NCBI RefSeq assembly: GCF_001194135.2
Contig: NC_068981.1
Span: 188,978,250 to 189,042,249 of the forward strand
Direction: 5' to 3'
DNA: 64,000 bases
Source of the DNA: Octopus bimaculoides
Taxonomy: Eukaryota
Shown: positions 50,831 through 63,372 of the stretch, piece by piece
Numbering within the stretch: the stretch's first letter is position 1
How the letters are laid out: every line of letters begins with the position of its first letter
The notes under the pieces: model-generated
What the model was told of the DNA's origin: nothing
The model's database searches: none
What the model saw: the letters and a program-made list of their open reading frames with translations, nothing else
Program-made: the position numbers and the translations under genes

Positions 50831-51619
50831 ATTGTCATGAATAAATTCTAATATGTATTCATGTATGTTATCTGACAAATAAACGGAACAACTGTAACCA
50901 TTAAGACAATATTTACCAAGACTTTAGACACCATGCGGGTTGTTTTAAAGCTTAAGTTACATGCTTAAATATTGTGAATTGAATCAGTGCAATCAGAACT
51001 GTAAATTTACTGACCTATAAATGATGTTCTCTTTCATTTATAGAGGCTAAGGGTCTTAATTAGCAAAATATGATGCAATCCACATGTCTTGTTACCATGA
51101 AAAATGATTCTCAGCTTACTGTGTAAAGTGGTTGGTGCTAGAAAGGGTACCCAACCATAGAGACAATACCTAAAAAAACATTTGTGCATGATACATTCCT
51201 CCAACTCCTCCAACTCTATCAAATCACCCAACTCATTCCAACATGGAAACTGGATATTAAATGGTGATGATGATGATGATTAAATACTTTTGCAGAAATA
51301 TAGTGTGAATACACAAAAATAAAGAAAATGTCTCAGCTAGTGAAAACTTATGCATAAACTCAACATCAGATACTTGAGGCAATCATTTAGATAGATTGTT
51401 TAAATTTTAAATGGCTGTGATTATTCTTGTCTCTTTATTTAGAACATAGGTAGAGACAAATTTTAAAGAGAAAACTGATGAATGTACAGACATGACTGCA
51501 GAGTTAAAAAGTTTGTTTTCTAACCAGGTGGTTCCACGGTTCATGCCACTGTTTAGTATATTGGGAGGAAGCGTCTTCTACCATAACTGCAGATTGAAAT
51601 ATATATTGGGAATCAAATT

Positions 51620-52010
51620 TAGTAAATGTAAAATGTGCGGGAACCTGTAGAATACACAAAGTCATTCAGGAAGGTGTAACATCCAAGGACTGGCATAGCA
51701 GCATAATTGTTAGCTGCTGCAAGGGTAAGGGTGATGCTTTAGATACAAGCAATTATAGAGGTATCGAACTTATGGACCAGGTGATGAGAATTACAGAGAG
51801 AATTATAGCCCAATTAATTAGGAGTAGGATTAAGCAAGATGAAATGTAATTTGGCTTTGTCCAGGGGAGAAGTACTACTGACACTATTTTCACAGTCAGG
51901 CAATTTCAAGACAAATACTTAGCTAAGAATAAGCCATTATATTTGGCATTCATTGATTTACAGAAAGCCTGCTGTGTGATATGGTGGGCTCCACGGAGGC
52001 TAGGGATAGA
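51620..52010 (+). mobile_element. RTE LINE reverse-transcriptase fragment
   Basis: KGDALDTSNYRGIELMDQVMRITERIIAQLIR...FGFVQGRSTTDTIFTVRQFQDKYLAKNKPLYLAFIDLQKA with an internal stop. Confidence 0.85.
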
Positions 52011-53515
52011 CATTTAAATATACATATGAATTTAGTCCTTCCAAATTCTGTTACGAATGAGGACCCCAAAAGATGCCACTGTCGAAAAAACCATATGGAT
52101 ATCTTATTTCTTTCATGCATTTGCTTTTGTTATTCTGATTCTGTTCAAATCCTATTAGATTTCTTTGGCTCCCAAACATAACATGACAGTGAAGTCATTT
52201 GATCACATTACAAAATGAGTGAGTGTGCATATTAAGTCTACTCTTAAATTTATTCATAGTTATTCTTATACAGGATTTTACTGAGTCAGGTGTTTTAACA
52301 GAACACTTACATGCTAACTATATTAAGACATATTTTTCATCCGCCAAGTATTCAAATTGTCTGGACCCCTAATCAGTTACCAATACTATTATAACATGTC
52401 TTATATTTGAATGTACTATAATCCCAGTGTAGCTTCTTGTTAAATATAATAATCTCACTGAATTCTTACAAATGATATTGTGATAACTATTATAAGGTGA
52501 GAAATGTTTAGCTATCAATGAGAAAAAATCCCTTACTATGAGTGTAGTATCTGCCTTGCTGAAGAGTAGTTAGAAGTATGTTATAAGTCTATGTTCATTT
52601 CTGTTTGTATAATACTTCATCTCTATTATTAATATAATAACCTTGTCCACAAATCTACTCCTAAAGCAACATTATGATATACTGGATAGCATCAAAAAAT
52701 GTTCTTGTTTGTAGAAATGCCTGAAATCCTCACAAATATGCTGGTAAATTGTTTTTGATGTTTCAAGAGTGTTTAAAGGATTTTACTAATGTCACTTAAA
52801 GTTTTGAGTTTATGGAAAGGATAATAGTTCTATGGAAAGATTAAGAGTAATATCTCAAAAATCAACAGTCTGCTCTATGTTTATCTACATCAACATCGAA
52901 ATGAAAACTGGTACATTTAAACAGAAATACTTTCCATAATCAATGTCCAACTAAGTTATCACTTTTTACATCAATGGTCACTTTGATTTTCATATCTTAT
53001 AAGAACGATGAAATAAGTAGCAGACAAAACACTAGGACTAACATAATAAAGTAAACACCTTGCATGTGACAATCCAGCATGACCACACCCTATAACTGAT
53101 ACATTCGAAATATGCAAAAAAAAAAAAAGAAAGAAAGAAAAAAAAAAACTGAATATGAACATAGAGATTGAGTTAAATCTGTTTGCATAAAAAATTTCCA
53201 GTATATGAATCTTTCTGATGTTCAAAATTATAGACTCAGCAAGGAAATAATTTTAAAACAACTGCAATAGAAAAAGAAAGAAAACAAAACAAATAAATTA
53301 TTGTTATAGTTACTGTAACAATATGAAATGATAGTTCACAAAGCTTATATTAAAAAAATAAAAAATAAACATTCTTTGTTTTGGAAAACTGCCCCCCACT
53401 ATTCAATTGTAATTATTTCATATAAAAATTTACAAAACACTATTAAATTTAGCAATCAATTCATTCATTAATGTTTTCAAACATTATATAGTTGCTGTTT
53501 CTGACCTGCTGTTTA

Positions 53516-53538
53516 GTTGCCATAATAACAGGGAAGTG
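53516..53538 (+). promoter_or_regulatory. Candidate RFX X-box plus ETS-like site
   Basis: GTTGCCATAATAAC (53516-53529) fits RYYNYYWWRRNRAC; GGAAGTG at 53532-53538; about 240 bp upstream of an exon-like segment. Confidence 0.35.
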
Positions 53539-53777
53539 TATTTGTTGTTAAGTTTCATTAAGTTTATTGATTTTTAACACCCAAAAATCGATTTTATACA
53601 AGTTTCATTTTATTGCATAGAAAATAGTTTTGGTGCAGTAAAACAAATAACCAAGAATTTGTTTTTTATCTTTTAAATTTTTCTTAATTGTTGCAATTCA
53701 TGCACTTGTTTTAGCTATCCTAAATTGTTACAAATTCACAAAACTGTAAATTTATTTAATTCTCTTCCAATTTTTAG

Positions 53778-55470
53778 ATCTGGTAGAGTTCAGATGATGC
53801 TAACTTGTGATTTCTTACATTCAGGATCAATATCAATAAATAAATGAAAAGTCAATACTGCCAGTATATTGGGGTGCAATTGCAATCTGAGCAGGTATGT
53901 AAGTACTATTCACTATATTAACTAATTGAAAAGGAAATATAAACATCGATTTGGGATATTATGAATGTAAGATAACTGCCAAGAGAGAAAAGAAAACTGT
54001 GATGCATGCAGAAAATTGTGAACCCTATAACTTGTAAAGGATTTGAAAGGTTTTAATTCTGTTGTCCAAAAGGGGATGGAGTAGACAATTGTTTCCTTAA
54101 TAGATACAGTGAGTATGTCCTTTTGTTATTCATGGAGACATAATTATCACATCTACAGTGGAGTTTTCTTCTCTTTCTTCTTTTTATGCAGTCACTGTTC
54201 ATAGGGACAGTGTAGGTTCTGAGTTGTATGTGAATGACAATGTATGAGGGGAAACTAGGAAAGACTGAAGAGTAGCATCATCTGTGTAGGAGTAAGCATT
54301 AAATAGGGGTCGATAGAAATCTGGTTATTTAATGTACAGGAGAAAGTGTAAGGGGTACATAACTGAATCATATGGTATACCAGACTTGATAGAAAGTACA
54401 TCTGTAAAAGCTCCAGCAGTACAATTTCGGTTGATGCTGACAAATAGATTCTGATCTGAAAGCCAAGAAACAAAGGAACCAATTGCTTCTCTGCAGTTCA
54501 GTATCATAAAAAAGTTACACACACACACACACACACAAATAGTAACTTTAGTACAAAGTACATAGAATAGCTGCAAGTTTCTGTATTATATAATAGTGAT
54601 TGTCTTGACATCAATTTTATCCAAGTGACAGAAAACACTTTTTAAATGATAAAATTCTGAATTAATTAGGAATATTTCAAGCTTTAGCTTGCTGTGTATT
54701 GATAAAATTTTGTCAAATGGGTTTTATACTTTCTTTAGCAGCCATTCATTACTTAATATATTGTGAAAGGTGTTATCATTCATTGTTTAATTCATAATCT
54801 GACTAACCCAGAGTATTTGAAAAGTTACAGATTACTTACATCATTTCAGATTCATTACATCTATATTTATCTTTCACTTACCAGAGATAAGACTGACTAT
54901 TTTTTTCTATGACTGATAGCAAATTAATGCTTAACTATGGTGTTAATTGACCTTAATAATTTTCAAAGTTGATTAATTGATAATTTAATTTTCTGCAAAT
55001 ACTTTTCATCAGCTGAGATGAAGGAATTATAGCCAGAAGGTAAGAAAACACTTGCAATTGATCTCAACCAAGTAGATTTCAAGCAAAGATGTATTGGAAT
55101 AAATTTTAACCAGACTGATAGAAATAAGAGTTCTTTTACTTTCCAGTATTTAAATAAGATTCTAACATTTCCACTTTACAACTTCTGTTGCTTATTAGTA
55201 TTTTCTCAATTACTACATGAGCAAGAAGTTTGGGAGAATAGAAAAGTGAAGGTTTAGTTCAGAGATTTCTTACATTTCTTTTAAAATTTAGTAACTGTGG
55301 TTGCAAAACAAAGATTGATTAATACAGACAGCTGATTGATAGTGATAAATTGAGATTAATTTGATTTCCGTTTTTACTAAACTTTTTTTTTCTCTCTGTT
55401 CAAGTGTAGCATACAATTCTGAAGAAGTTGATATGAAGACAGAAATTATATCAGTTGAACAGCAGCCATG
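53778..55470 (+). other. Candidate 5' exons of a downstream transcription unit (53778-53894, 55013-55039, 55405-55470)
   Basis: tttttag|ATC...CAG|gtatgt; ttttcatcag|CTG...AAG|gtaaga; long pyrimidine tract ttcaag|TGT...GCCATG|gtaact; no long ORF and no recognised homology. Confidence 0.35.
54190..54500 (-). mobile_element. CR1/L2-type RT core fragment
   Basis: SWLSDQNLFVSIN...SGIPYDSVMYPLHFLLYIK*...SYTDDATL is a decayed SGVPQGSVL.PLLFLLYINDL...YADD. Confidence 0.75.
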
Positions 55471-58400
55471 GTAACTGTAGTAGATAACTTGGTAATAGTG
55501 AAGTGCTTTTATAAATTAAAGTCTGAAAACACTGCTTCCTACTCAAAGATTTTGCAGCAAAAATAAAAAAAGGTTTTCATTTTGCTTTGCCTATTTTTTA
55601 AGGTATCAGTTTATGAAGTAAAAAACAAAATGTAATGTAGATAAATTGTTGCAAAGCAGATATTTACTTCAGAAGTTGAATGACATGAAGCTTGAAGATA
55701 ATGATTTACTAGTCTAGTATGTATTTTGGAGAAGATGATGACTAAACTGAAAGAATACTAGGCTGCCAGTCGAGAGTTCAACAGTATGTACCTTGCCAGT
55801 ACCATTTTATGTTGTATATGTATTTAATAATACACGAAGGCCCATGGCTTGGTGGTTAATTGTGTTGGGCTCATGATCAAAAGTCATGGATTCAATTCCT
55901 GAACAGAGTGGCTTGTTGTGCCCTTGAGCAAAACACTTTATCCCACTTTGTTCCAATCTACTCAGCTGAAAATTAGCACCATCCTCCTGGTGCTGGTGCA
56001 ACCCTCTCTCCCTCATATTCAGGATTTTCCTCTGGGTCGAGGGTGGCAGAGTTGATACCGTGTCTTTCACTGTTAGGAGTAGATTTGTGGACAAGATTAT
56101 TATATTCATAATAGAGATGAGGTATTATAGAAACAGAAATGAACATAGATGTATAAGATACTTCTAACTACTCTTCAGCAAGGCAGATACTATACTCATA
56201 GAAACGAATTTTTTTTCATATAAAAATTTACAAAAAACTATTAAATTTAGCAATCAATTCATTCATTAATGTTTTCAAACATTATATAGTTGCTGTTTAG
56301 TTGCCATTATAACAGGGAAGTGTATTTGTTGTTAATGGTAGATGCAACAAACAATACTCCTTTGAAAGTCACAACTGTGGTTTATGACACTTGACCCTCA
56401 GAGCAAATGACTAAAAATAAATTAGAAACATCAGGTGTGAACAATTTACTGCAGTGGATATATTGAAAAATTGACAACAATGAATGCTGAAATGGCCCTG
56501 TGGGTGAGGAAGTTCACTTTAAAATAATGTTTGCATTTTAGGCAAATGTCTTCTACCATAAACTTAGGTCAATCAATACTCTGATTAGAATTTGGTCGAT
56601 GGAAACTGAGCAGAACCTTGCTGTGTGTCTATATGTATGCATGCATGTCTTATATTGACGTATTCATCAATGAGAAAACTGAAACACTTCATTTATAAAA
56701 TGAATGAAGTCCCTTGAGATATTAGTTCTCAGTTGAGTTACAGACACTCCAGCTTCACTGCTGCTTGATAGAAAAGTGTCAGAAAAGCAGTGCAACTGGT
56801 GTTTAGCCAATTGGAAATCTTTACTAAATGGTGCTGCTGTTCAAAAGTAGGTTATTAAGTACATTATTATTAAGTGAAAGTGTTAATCGTTGGTGTAGCC
56901 AGTGGTTGTCACTGGTCTTGACTAGAATTGATCATTAGTTGGTGTTGTATGTTAACTGACTCAACGATTTGACAGATTAACTTAAGAAGGAAGGATTTAT
57001 GTTAATGTGAAGTGATAGTAGCATTTCTAATATACAAGAATGATTCCATCAATGATTTGTCTGCAAATTTAGACATGCTAAAGAAAACTATCGAAAGATA
57101 AAGGGGTTTTACTTCTAAAGTAAATCAGATATTGGTGAGGCACAGGTATGGTAGGTTTGGGGTTTAGTCGTACAGTGTGGCATCTAGGGCAAATGTCTTC
57201 TACTATCGACCTTGGTCAAAGCCTGGTGAGTGAATTTAGCATGCAGAAACTGAAAAGAGCACCTTGTATGTATGTGTACATGTATGTGTGTTGGATTAAA
57301 TTTGCACTTTACAAAACTCACTGTGAGTGGTGGTGATGTTATAACTTCTGTCAACAAATCAAGAATGAATAAGAGACCCCTTACTTAGAAACAAGTAAGG
57401 GTCAGCGACAGGAAGAGTATCTGGCTGCAAAAACAATGCTTCAGTTGTACATACATCTAATCTATGCTAGCACTGTAAAAAGTGGACGCAAAATGAACAA
57501 AGGTTAACAATGTAAATTCATTTGGAACTGAAAGAAAGATATGAAATGCAACAAACCTGATCATATATCTGCTATAACCTGAACATTTTATGAATATACA
57601 TAGAGAGATATACTGGATTAATACTAACTTCATTATGTGAAGAGAAGAGTTAAGGTACATATATGATCTGGCTCTCCATTGGTTATGACGACAAGTGTTC
57701 CAGTTGATTCAATCAACAGAACAGCCAGCTTGTGAAATTGACATGCAAGTGGCTGAGTACACCCAGACATGCGAACCCTTAATGTATATCTCAGGGAAAT
57801 TCAGTGTGACAAGGGGTGGCTCTTCTGAATTATAGGTACAACCCGTTTTTGCCAGCTAAGCAGACTGGAGCGATGTGAAATAAAGTAACTTGCTCAGCAT
57901 GCCACCAGTAACCAAACTCAATTAGTTAATTAATAAAATAAGGTCCTACCGTTTTAGTAGAATTGAATTGTTTTGAAAGAAAATAGTGATGTAAAAATTC
58001 TTTCCTGGCATCCAAAAGACCTGACATTGGAACAGATTATAGAGGCTATACAAATACAGAAAGCAGACTTCCCCTCACTCAAACTCAATGAAGAATGGAT
58101 GACTTAGCACAGTAATACAAAAATAACTACCATAGAGAAATCACTCTAAATTCAGTTGAAAATCTACCTATTGAGAAGGTCACAGTTTTGGTGGTGGAAA
58201 CTATGCATGGCGAAATAAAAATATATAGACAAAACAATGAGGGAACATGTTTATAGGCCAAAATATAACAATATTTAAACATTACTACTTTTGAAAGGGC
58301 TGATGGAAAATGAAGACTTCTAAGTATCAATTCAAAGAAAATGTGAAATAATTCTAAAGAAAAGTAAATAGGTTATTTATGAAATAGTTTGAAATTCTTT

Positions 58401-59329
58401 GCAAACAATTATATACTTATATACTTCAACAAATTTTCACATTCATAGCTTAGATAAAACTTTTTATTGAACATTATTATAGGTTTATGGAAAATAAATT
58501 ATGTGATAACTAGGTGGATATATTTTTACTAGACTTTATTTCCATAATTTTCTTATTTGGTATTGGCAATTTAGAAACTTGCATACTAAATAAATTTTCA
58601 GTGTGAAATAGTTTTGAAACCATTAGAAACTAAAAATAAAAAAATAATAGTTAAAACAATACATATAGTTCAATGGATTTTCGGATGTTTTTATAGAGAA
58701 GTTCAAATATCTAGGGAACACTTGTATGAATATATTTCAATTTTATTTATATCACCTCTGTGTTATAAAAAAATTTTGCCAAAATTTTGAAGACCAATAT
58801 TTTACAGCAAATTGTTCAATGTAATGTTAAACAATATCAAATTAAAAGCAGAACCTATATTTTGATAGTCTACTAAGTAGATTAGGCTAATTAATTAATG
58901 TATATCACGTGAGTATGTGTGTGTATCTTTTAATGTTTATGGTTTTGTTTTTATTCATAATTTATTTGTTTAACTATTTGGTGGCTGTTCTACATTTTGT
59001 GCTGCATTTATATATTTTCCTTTAATATTTGAAGGAAATATTTGGTTGGTGTGACATAGCTTTGTATAGAAGTTTGCTTTCACAGCTATGCAGTCTTGGT
59101 TTCAGTCATACTGCACAACACTTGAGACAAGTGTCTTCTGCTACAGTGTTGGGTTGACCAAAGCCTTAAAAGTTTGTTTGGTAGATGGAAACTGAAAGAA
59201 ACCCTATATGTATATATTCTTTATTCTCGACCATCAGTATAAAGAAGACAGAATTGATCCACCAATCTTGCCCTACTGCTAAGCAAACTCGAGCTGTCAA
59301 TCAAAAGCCACCGGTTCACAATTTCCCTG

Positions 59330-60130
59330 ACACTCCTATACAGGTTGATAGGAAAAACCAAAAGTATATGAATTCATTTACATATCTTGGTAGTAAAGGG
59401 AAATCGAGTTCTTCCTTTGATGAAATCATCAACCATCTAGCAAAAGCAACCTACACATTTAGTAAACTCCATCATCACTTATGAAATGAAAGGGGCATCA
59501 AACTTGACAGCAAAATACAGGTCTATAAAACAGCCATTCTTACTACTCTCTTGTATGGCTCAGAATTGTGGACACCCTATAGACAGTACATTAACCAACT
59601 AGGCATCTTCCACAAAGGTTGTCTCAAGACAATCTGTGGTTATTCACTAAAAGACAGAGTTTTTAATGCCAGCTTGTTTAGCAAGTGTAAGATTGGTGGA
59701 ATCAAGAGCTTCCTCATGCAGTCACAATTGCATTGGCTGACCATGTCATCAGATGGGTGATGAAAGAATATCCAAAGTCCTCATATACAGCTAGCTTGAT
59801 AGTGGGGACAGGAATGTTGGTCAACCATGACTCAGATATAAGGACAAGCTGAAGAGTAACCTCTCAGCAGTCAAATATAGCTTACAACACCTTTGAACAA
59901 ACAGACTTGGAGTGAACAAAATGGAGACCATTGTGTCGAAATAGTATAAGAAACTTTGTCGCAACCAGTGTTAACAGGGTTTGGGGTGCAAGGCAAAAGA
60001 GAAGAGTGGCTGCAAATATACCATCTGCACTGACCCATAATCCCCATACTTGTAGCATCTGTAGCCTTCTTTGCAAATTGTTGCCAGGACTCCAATATCA
60101 CATTCAACATAAGCATTATGACTGACAAAG
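59330..60130 (+). mobile_element. RTE-1/BovB-like LINE ORF2 C-terminal fragment (second RTE lineage)
   Basis: NSFTYLGS...AKATYTFSKLHHHL.NERGIKLDSKIQVYKTAILTTLLYGSELWTPYRQYINQL; ends in HTCSICSLLCKLLPGLQYHIQHKH. Confidence 0.82.
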
Positions 60131-60257
60131 AAAGAGTAGGTTGTCAGATCCTCATGCGTCAAAACTGATAGAAGAGTTCATTATTNNNNNNNNNNNNNNN
60201 NNNNNNNNNNNNNNNNNNNNNNNNNNNNNNNNNNNNNNNNNNNATATATATATATAT

Positions 60258-60305
<48 letters not shown>

Positions 60306-60408
60306 CTTTTATATGATGTGTTGTGAATTTATGGAAAGAAATCCCACAAAAATTTTGTTAAAAATGGAGAAGAGAAGATGTTAAAGTATATAAGAGAATT
60401 TTAATTCA

Positions 60409-60508
60409 TGCAGACGATCGTTTCGTGCAGAGATATAAAAATCATGCAAATTCATGGTAGAATTAAATAAAATTAAATTAATTATGTATTACTGTACTCT
60501 TCAGTGCA
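60409..60508 (-). ncRNA. Hammerhead motif, family 3 (long loop II)
   Basis: UGCA-CUGAAGA-GUACAG(about 60 nt)CUGCAC-GAAA-CGAUCG-UC-UGCA; palindromic ACGAUCGU stem III; one stem II mismatch. Confidence 0.7.
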
Positions 60509-60661
60509 AGAAGTATAAACAAAATTTTTACAAAGGACTTGAGAAAGGAAATAGCAGAATAGAATCTAGAAGATTCATATTTATCCTTATGAGAAAAAGA
60601 GATGCGAGTCCAGTTAGGTATTAACTATAACGAGTTATAGTTAAATTTTGTTCATACTTCT

Positions 60662-60749
60662 TGCATTGAAGAGTACAGTGATATATAATTAATTTAATTC
60701 AAGAATGAATTTGCATGATTTTTATATCTGTACGAAACGATCGTCTGCA
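60662..60749 (+). ncRNA. Hammerhead motif, family 3 (inverted partner, C3-to-U variant)
   Basis: UGCA-UUGAAGA-GUACAG...CUGUAC-GAAA-CGAUCG-UC-UGCA; perfect 6-bp stem II. Confidence 0.6.
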
Positions 60750-62388
60750 TGAATTAAAATTCTCTTATACATTTTAACCTCTTCTCTTCTCCATTTTTAA
60801 CAAAATTGTTGAGTTTTATGGGATTTCTTTCCATAAATTCACAACACATCATATACAAGCATTATTTTCATATTCATAAATTTACACCTGTAAACTAACA
60901 GGAAAATATGAAGAATCAATATTAGAAATAATAAATCTCTGAGCGAGGTATAAACAGTAGCTGCACAACATCATGAAGTATATTTGCCACTTAAATGTGG
61001 CTAACCCTTAAGGGTGGATGCTGCTGTAGCTTGTAGCCCCAGGAGGGCGCCTCCTCCAGCTGGCTATTGACACACTTTCATCTGGTGCATGGACATATAG
61101 TAAATTGGACACTAAAACAATGATGATGATGATTTCAAGACACTGAACAGAAAATTCTGGAACTGACCAAAGCCAGATGTTAGTAACAGACTACTTTTGT
61201 TATTGCTGTTCATGTAAGTCAGTCCTGGATAAAAGGACTACTAATTGATGGTAATCCAACCATGAGTACTACATATATATGCATTTCTAAGGTTAAATCA
61301 TCCAAAATGTCCATATTTTCTTCCTTTTGGATGGTAGATTTTAATTTGTGAGGAATTTGACTGCTATTACATGCAGGCTCAGCAACCAAAATAGTGGTTC
61401 CCTTTTCGGTACAGAAGCTCATTATATATATCATCAAAATCATCACTTAACATACGTGATGGTATGGATTGGATGGTTCGACAGAATCTAGTGAATCTAA
61501 GGACTGCAGCATACATCAGTCTCTTCTTTGGTGTGGTTTTTATGGTTGAGTTTTCTTCCTAATGCCAACCACTTTACAGCATGTATTTGGTGCTTTTCTC
61601 ATACCACCAACTTGCAAGACTACAAACCTTGAGAGAAGTGGCTTTATGCTAGAAGATGAGGTATTGTACAGTTTTTGCCATGAAACCAAAGAGGCTCCTT
61701 GGCAGATATCCCTCCTGGTAACAACCAATCGTTGCCAATACAGTGGAAAGATTTTGCATGTGCTCTCTGGATACTGCTGAGATGCTTACATCTCAGTGTA
61801 TTCCTGGCAAAACCAAGGATTGTACAACATCAAGCCTGGTTGAATTAGCAGCAGACCATAACCAGTGGTTATCTTATAATTTCACCTGATGATGCCTACA
61901 AACCTAGACAAATTTAAGTGCATTCCTTTTCTCTGTACCATCTTATCTGTGAGACTCAACTTTTATAAATCAGTGTCTTCTTAATAATGATTTGTTTCAA
62001 TGTCATACTGAACTACAGAATAAATCTATAGATTTTGTCAGCACTTTACACAATAAACACCTGCCTTTACATTTTGTATCTCGTAAATACTTTACCTTTA
62101 ATTCATGAATAGAAAAAAAGATGAATGAACCAGGTAGGTTTTAGCTTTGCTTTGAGATTTTGTCAGCAATTGTGTGTTCTCTTTAACTATCTACAGAAAT
62201 ATACATTTATAATGCACTCTTGGTAGCTTGTTTGATTAATAACTTGTACTTTAATAGTGTTAACCATTAAATACCAAACTCAGAATTGAAACTAGTGTGA
62301 TTGACTTTATTCTGTTTACAAAAATATTATATTCAGGTAAGGTGATAACAGTTGCCTATACTTAGTTTTGTATCTAAAATTTATAGAT

Positions 62389-62790
62389 AGGCACATGTGT
62401 AGCTGTGTGGCTGAGAAGCTTGCTTTCGAACCATGTAGCCTTGGTTCAATCCCATTGCATGGTATCTTGAATAAGAGTCTTCTATTTAAAGCCCTACGCT
62501 GACCAAAGCTGTGTGAGTGGACTTGGTAGCTAGAAACCATGAGAAATCCATCATATATGCAGGTGTGTGTGTGTACCCTTATCCAGACATTAATTGATGG
62601 TTGTGAATGAGCAGTATTGTCATACAAGCAAAGCTGCTTGTTGCCAGTCCTCAGTCTAGCAACGGGAATATATTATCTCACTTAGAAACAAGAAAATTGG
62701 CAACAAGAAGGGCAACCTGTAGTAGAAAATGTTTCAATAAATTCTGTCCAACCCATGCCAGCATGGAAAAGTAGATGTTAAATGACAATG
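62389..62790 (+). mobile_element. SINE with family A head and RTE-derived 3' tail
   Basis: Family A head, then ...TGTCCAACCCATGCCAGCATGGAAAAGTAGATGTTAAATGACAATGAT, shared with the RTE LINE 3' ends in this window; similar copy at 57140-57520. Confidence 0.7.
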
Positions 62791-63336
62791 ATATTCTATA
62801 GTTGAATACAGCTTTGAAACAAAATACTAAATATCAGTAACCTATTAATTGAACTGGTAGTCAAGAAAGTGTTATAATTAGTCTATCTGGTTTACATATG
62901 CCTTGACTAGAACGGGGTTTATAAGCATAATCTCTGCAGATGAAGGCATCCTCAGTCACAGATGAAATCACAACACAAGACTGAAATTACTCTGGTTATT
63001 CAGTGTTTTTCTGTTCACAAAGATATTAAAGACAATGCATTTACAGCTGTAGACATAGTGTTGGCTAACACCTATAGACATACTCTGTAGTTCTGTATTG
63101 CATTAACTTTTATTATTACATATAAAACTTGGTTTAAACCAATGTTGACAATAGCAAATGACAGAAGGAAATTAATTATTAATGGTTATTTCAAAATTGT
63201 GTAAGTGCCAACTATAATCAACACTAAGTTCTATCACAGCTAATAACATAACTTTATATATATATATATGTATATATATATATGTATNNNNNNNNNNNNN
63301 NNNNNNNNNNNNNNNNNNNNNNNNNNNNNNNNNNNN

Positions 63337-63372
<36 letters not shown>

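Larger units (their letters stand above)
53416..56335 (+). repeat. Dispersed direct duplication of 120-135 bp
   Basis: 53416-53551 vs 56214-56335, near-identical except a 14-bp indel (CTGACCTGCTGTTT) and a few substitutions. Confidence 0.92.
60310..60855. repeat. Inverted repeat, arms of about 215 bp
   Basis: 60310-60527 vs 60644-60855; spacer contains the perfect hairpin TTAACTATAAC-GA-GTTATAGTTAA (60621-60644). Confidence 0.93.

Noticed and set aside
52040-52110. CGAAUGAG-GAC...GUC-GAAA...CCAUAUGG hammerhead-like string
   Set aside because: The core is mutated, stem III spacing is wrong and there is no stem I; too degenerate to call.
52971-53225. Minus-strand 84-aa ORF with an apparent polypyrimidine tract and hydrophobic exon-like segment
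   Set aside because: It overlaps a decayed SINE tail (CCAGCATGACCACA...) and its A-rich end; no partner exons were found.
61219-61446. Plausible-looking short ORFs at 61219-61446 (-), 63560-63787 (-) and about 58000-58110 (+)
   Set aside because: No recognisable homology and no consistent splice-site chain.
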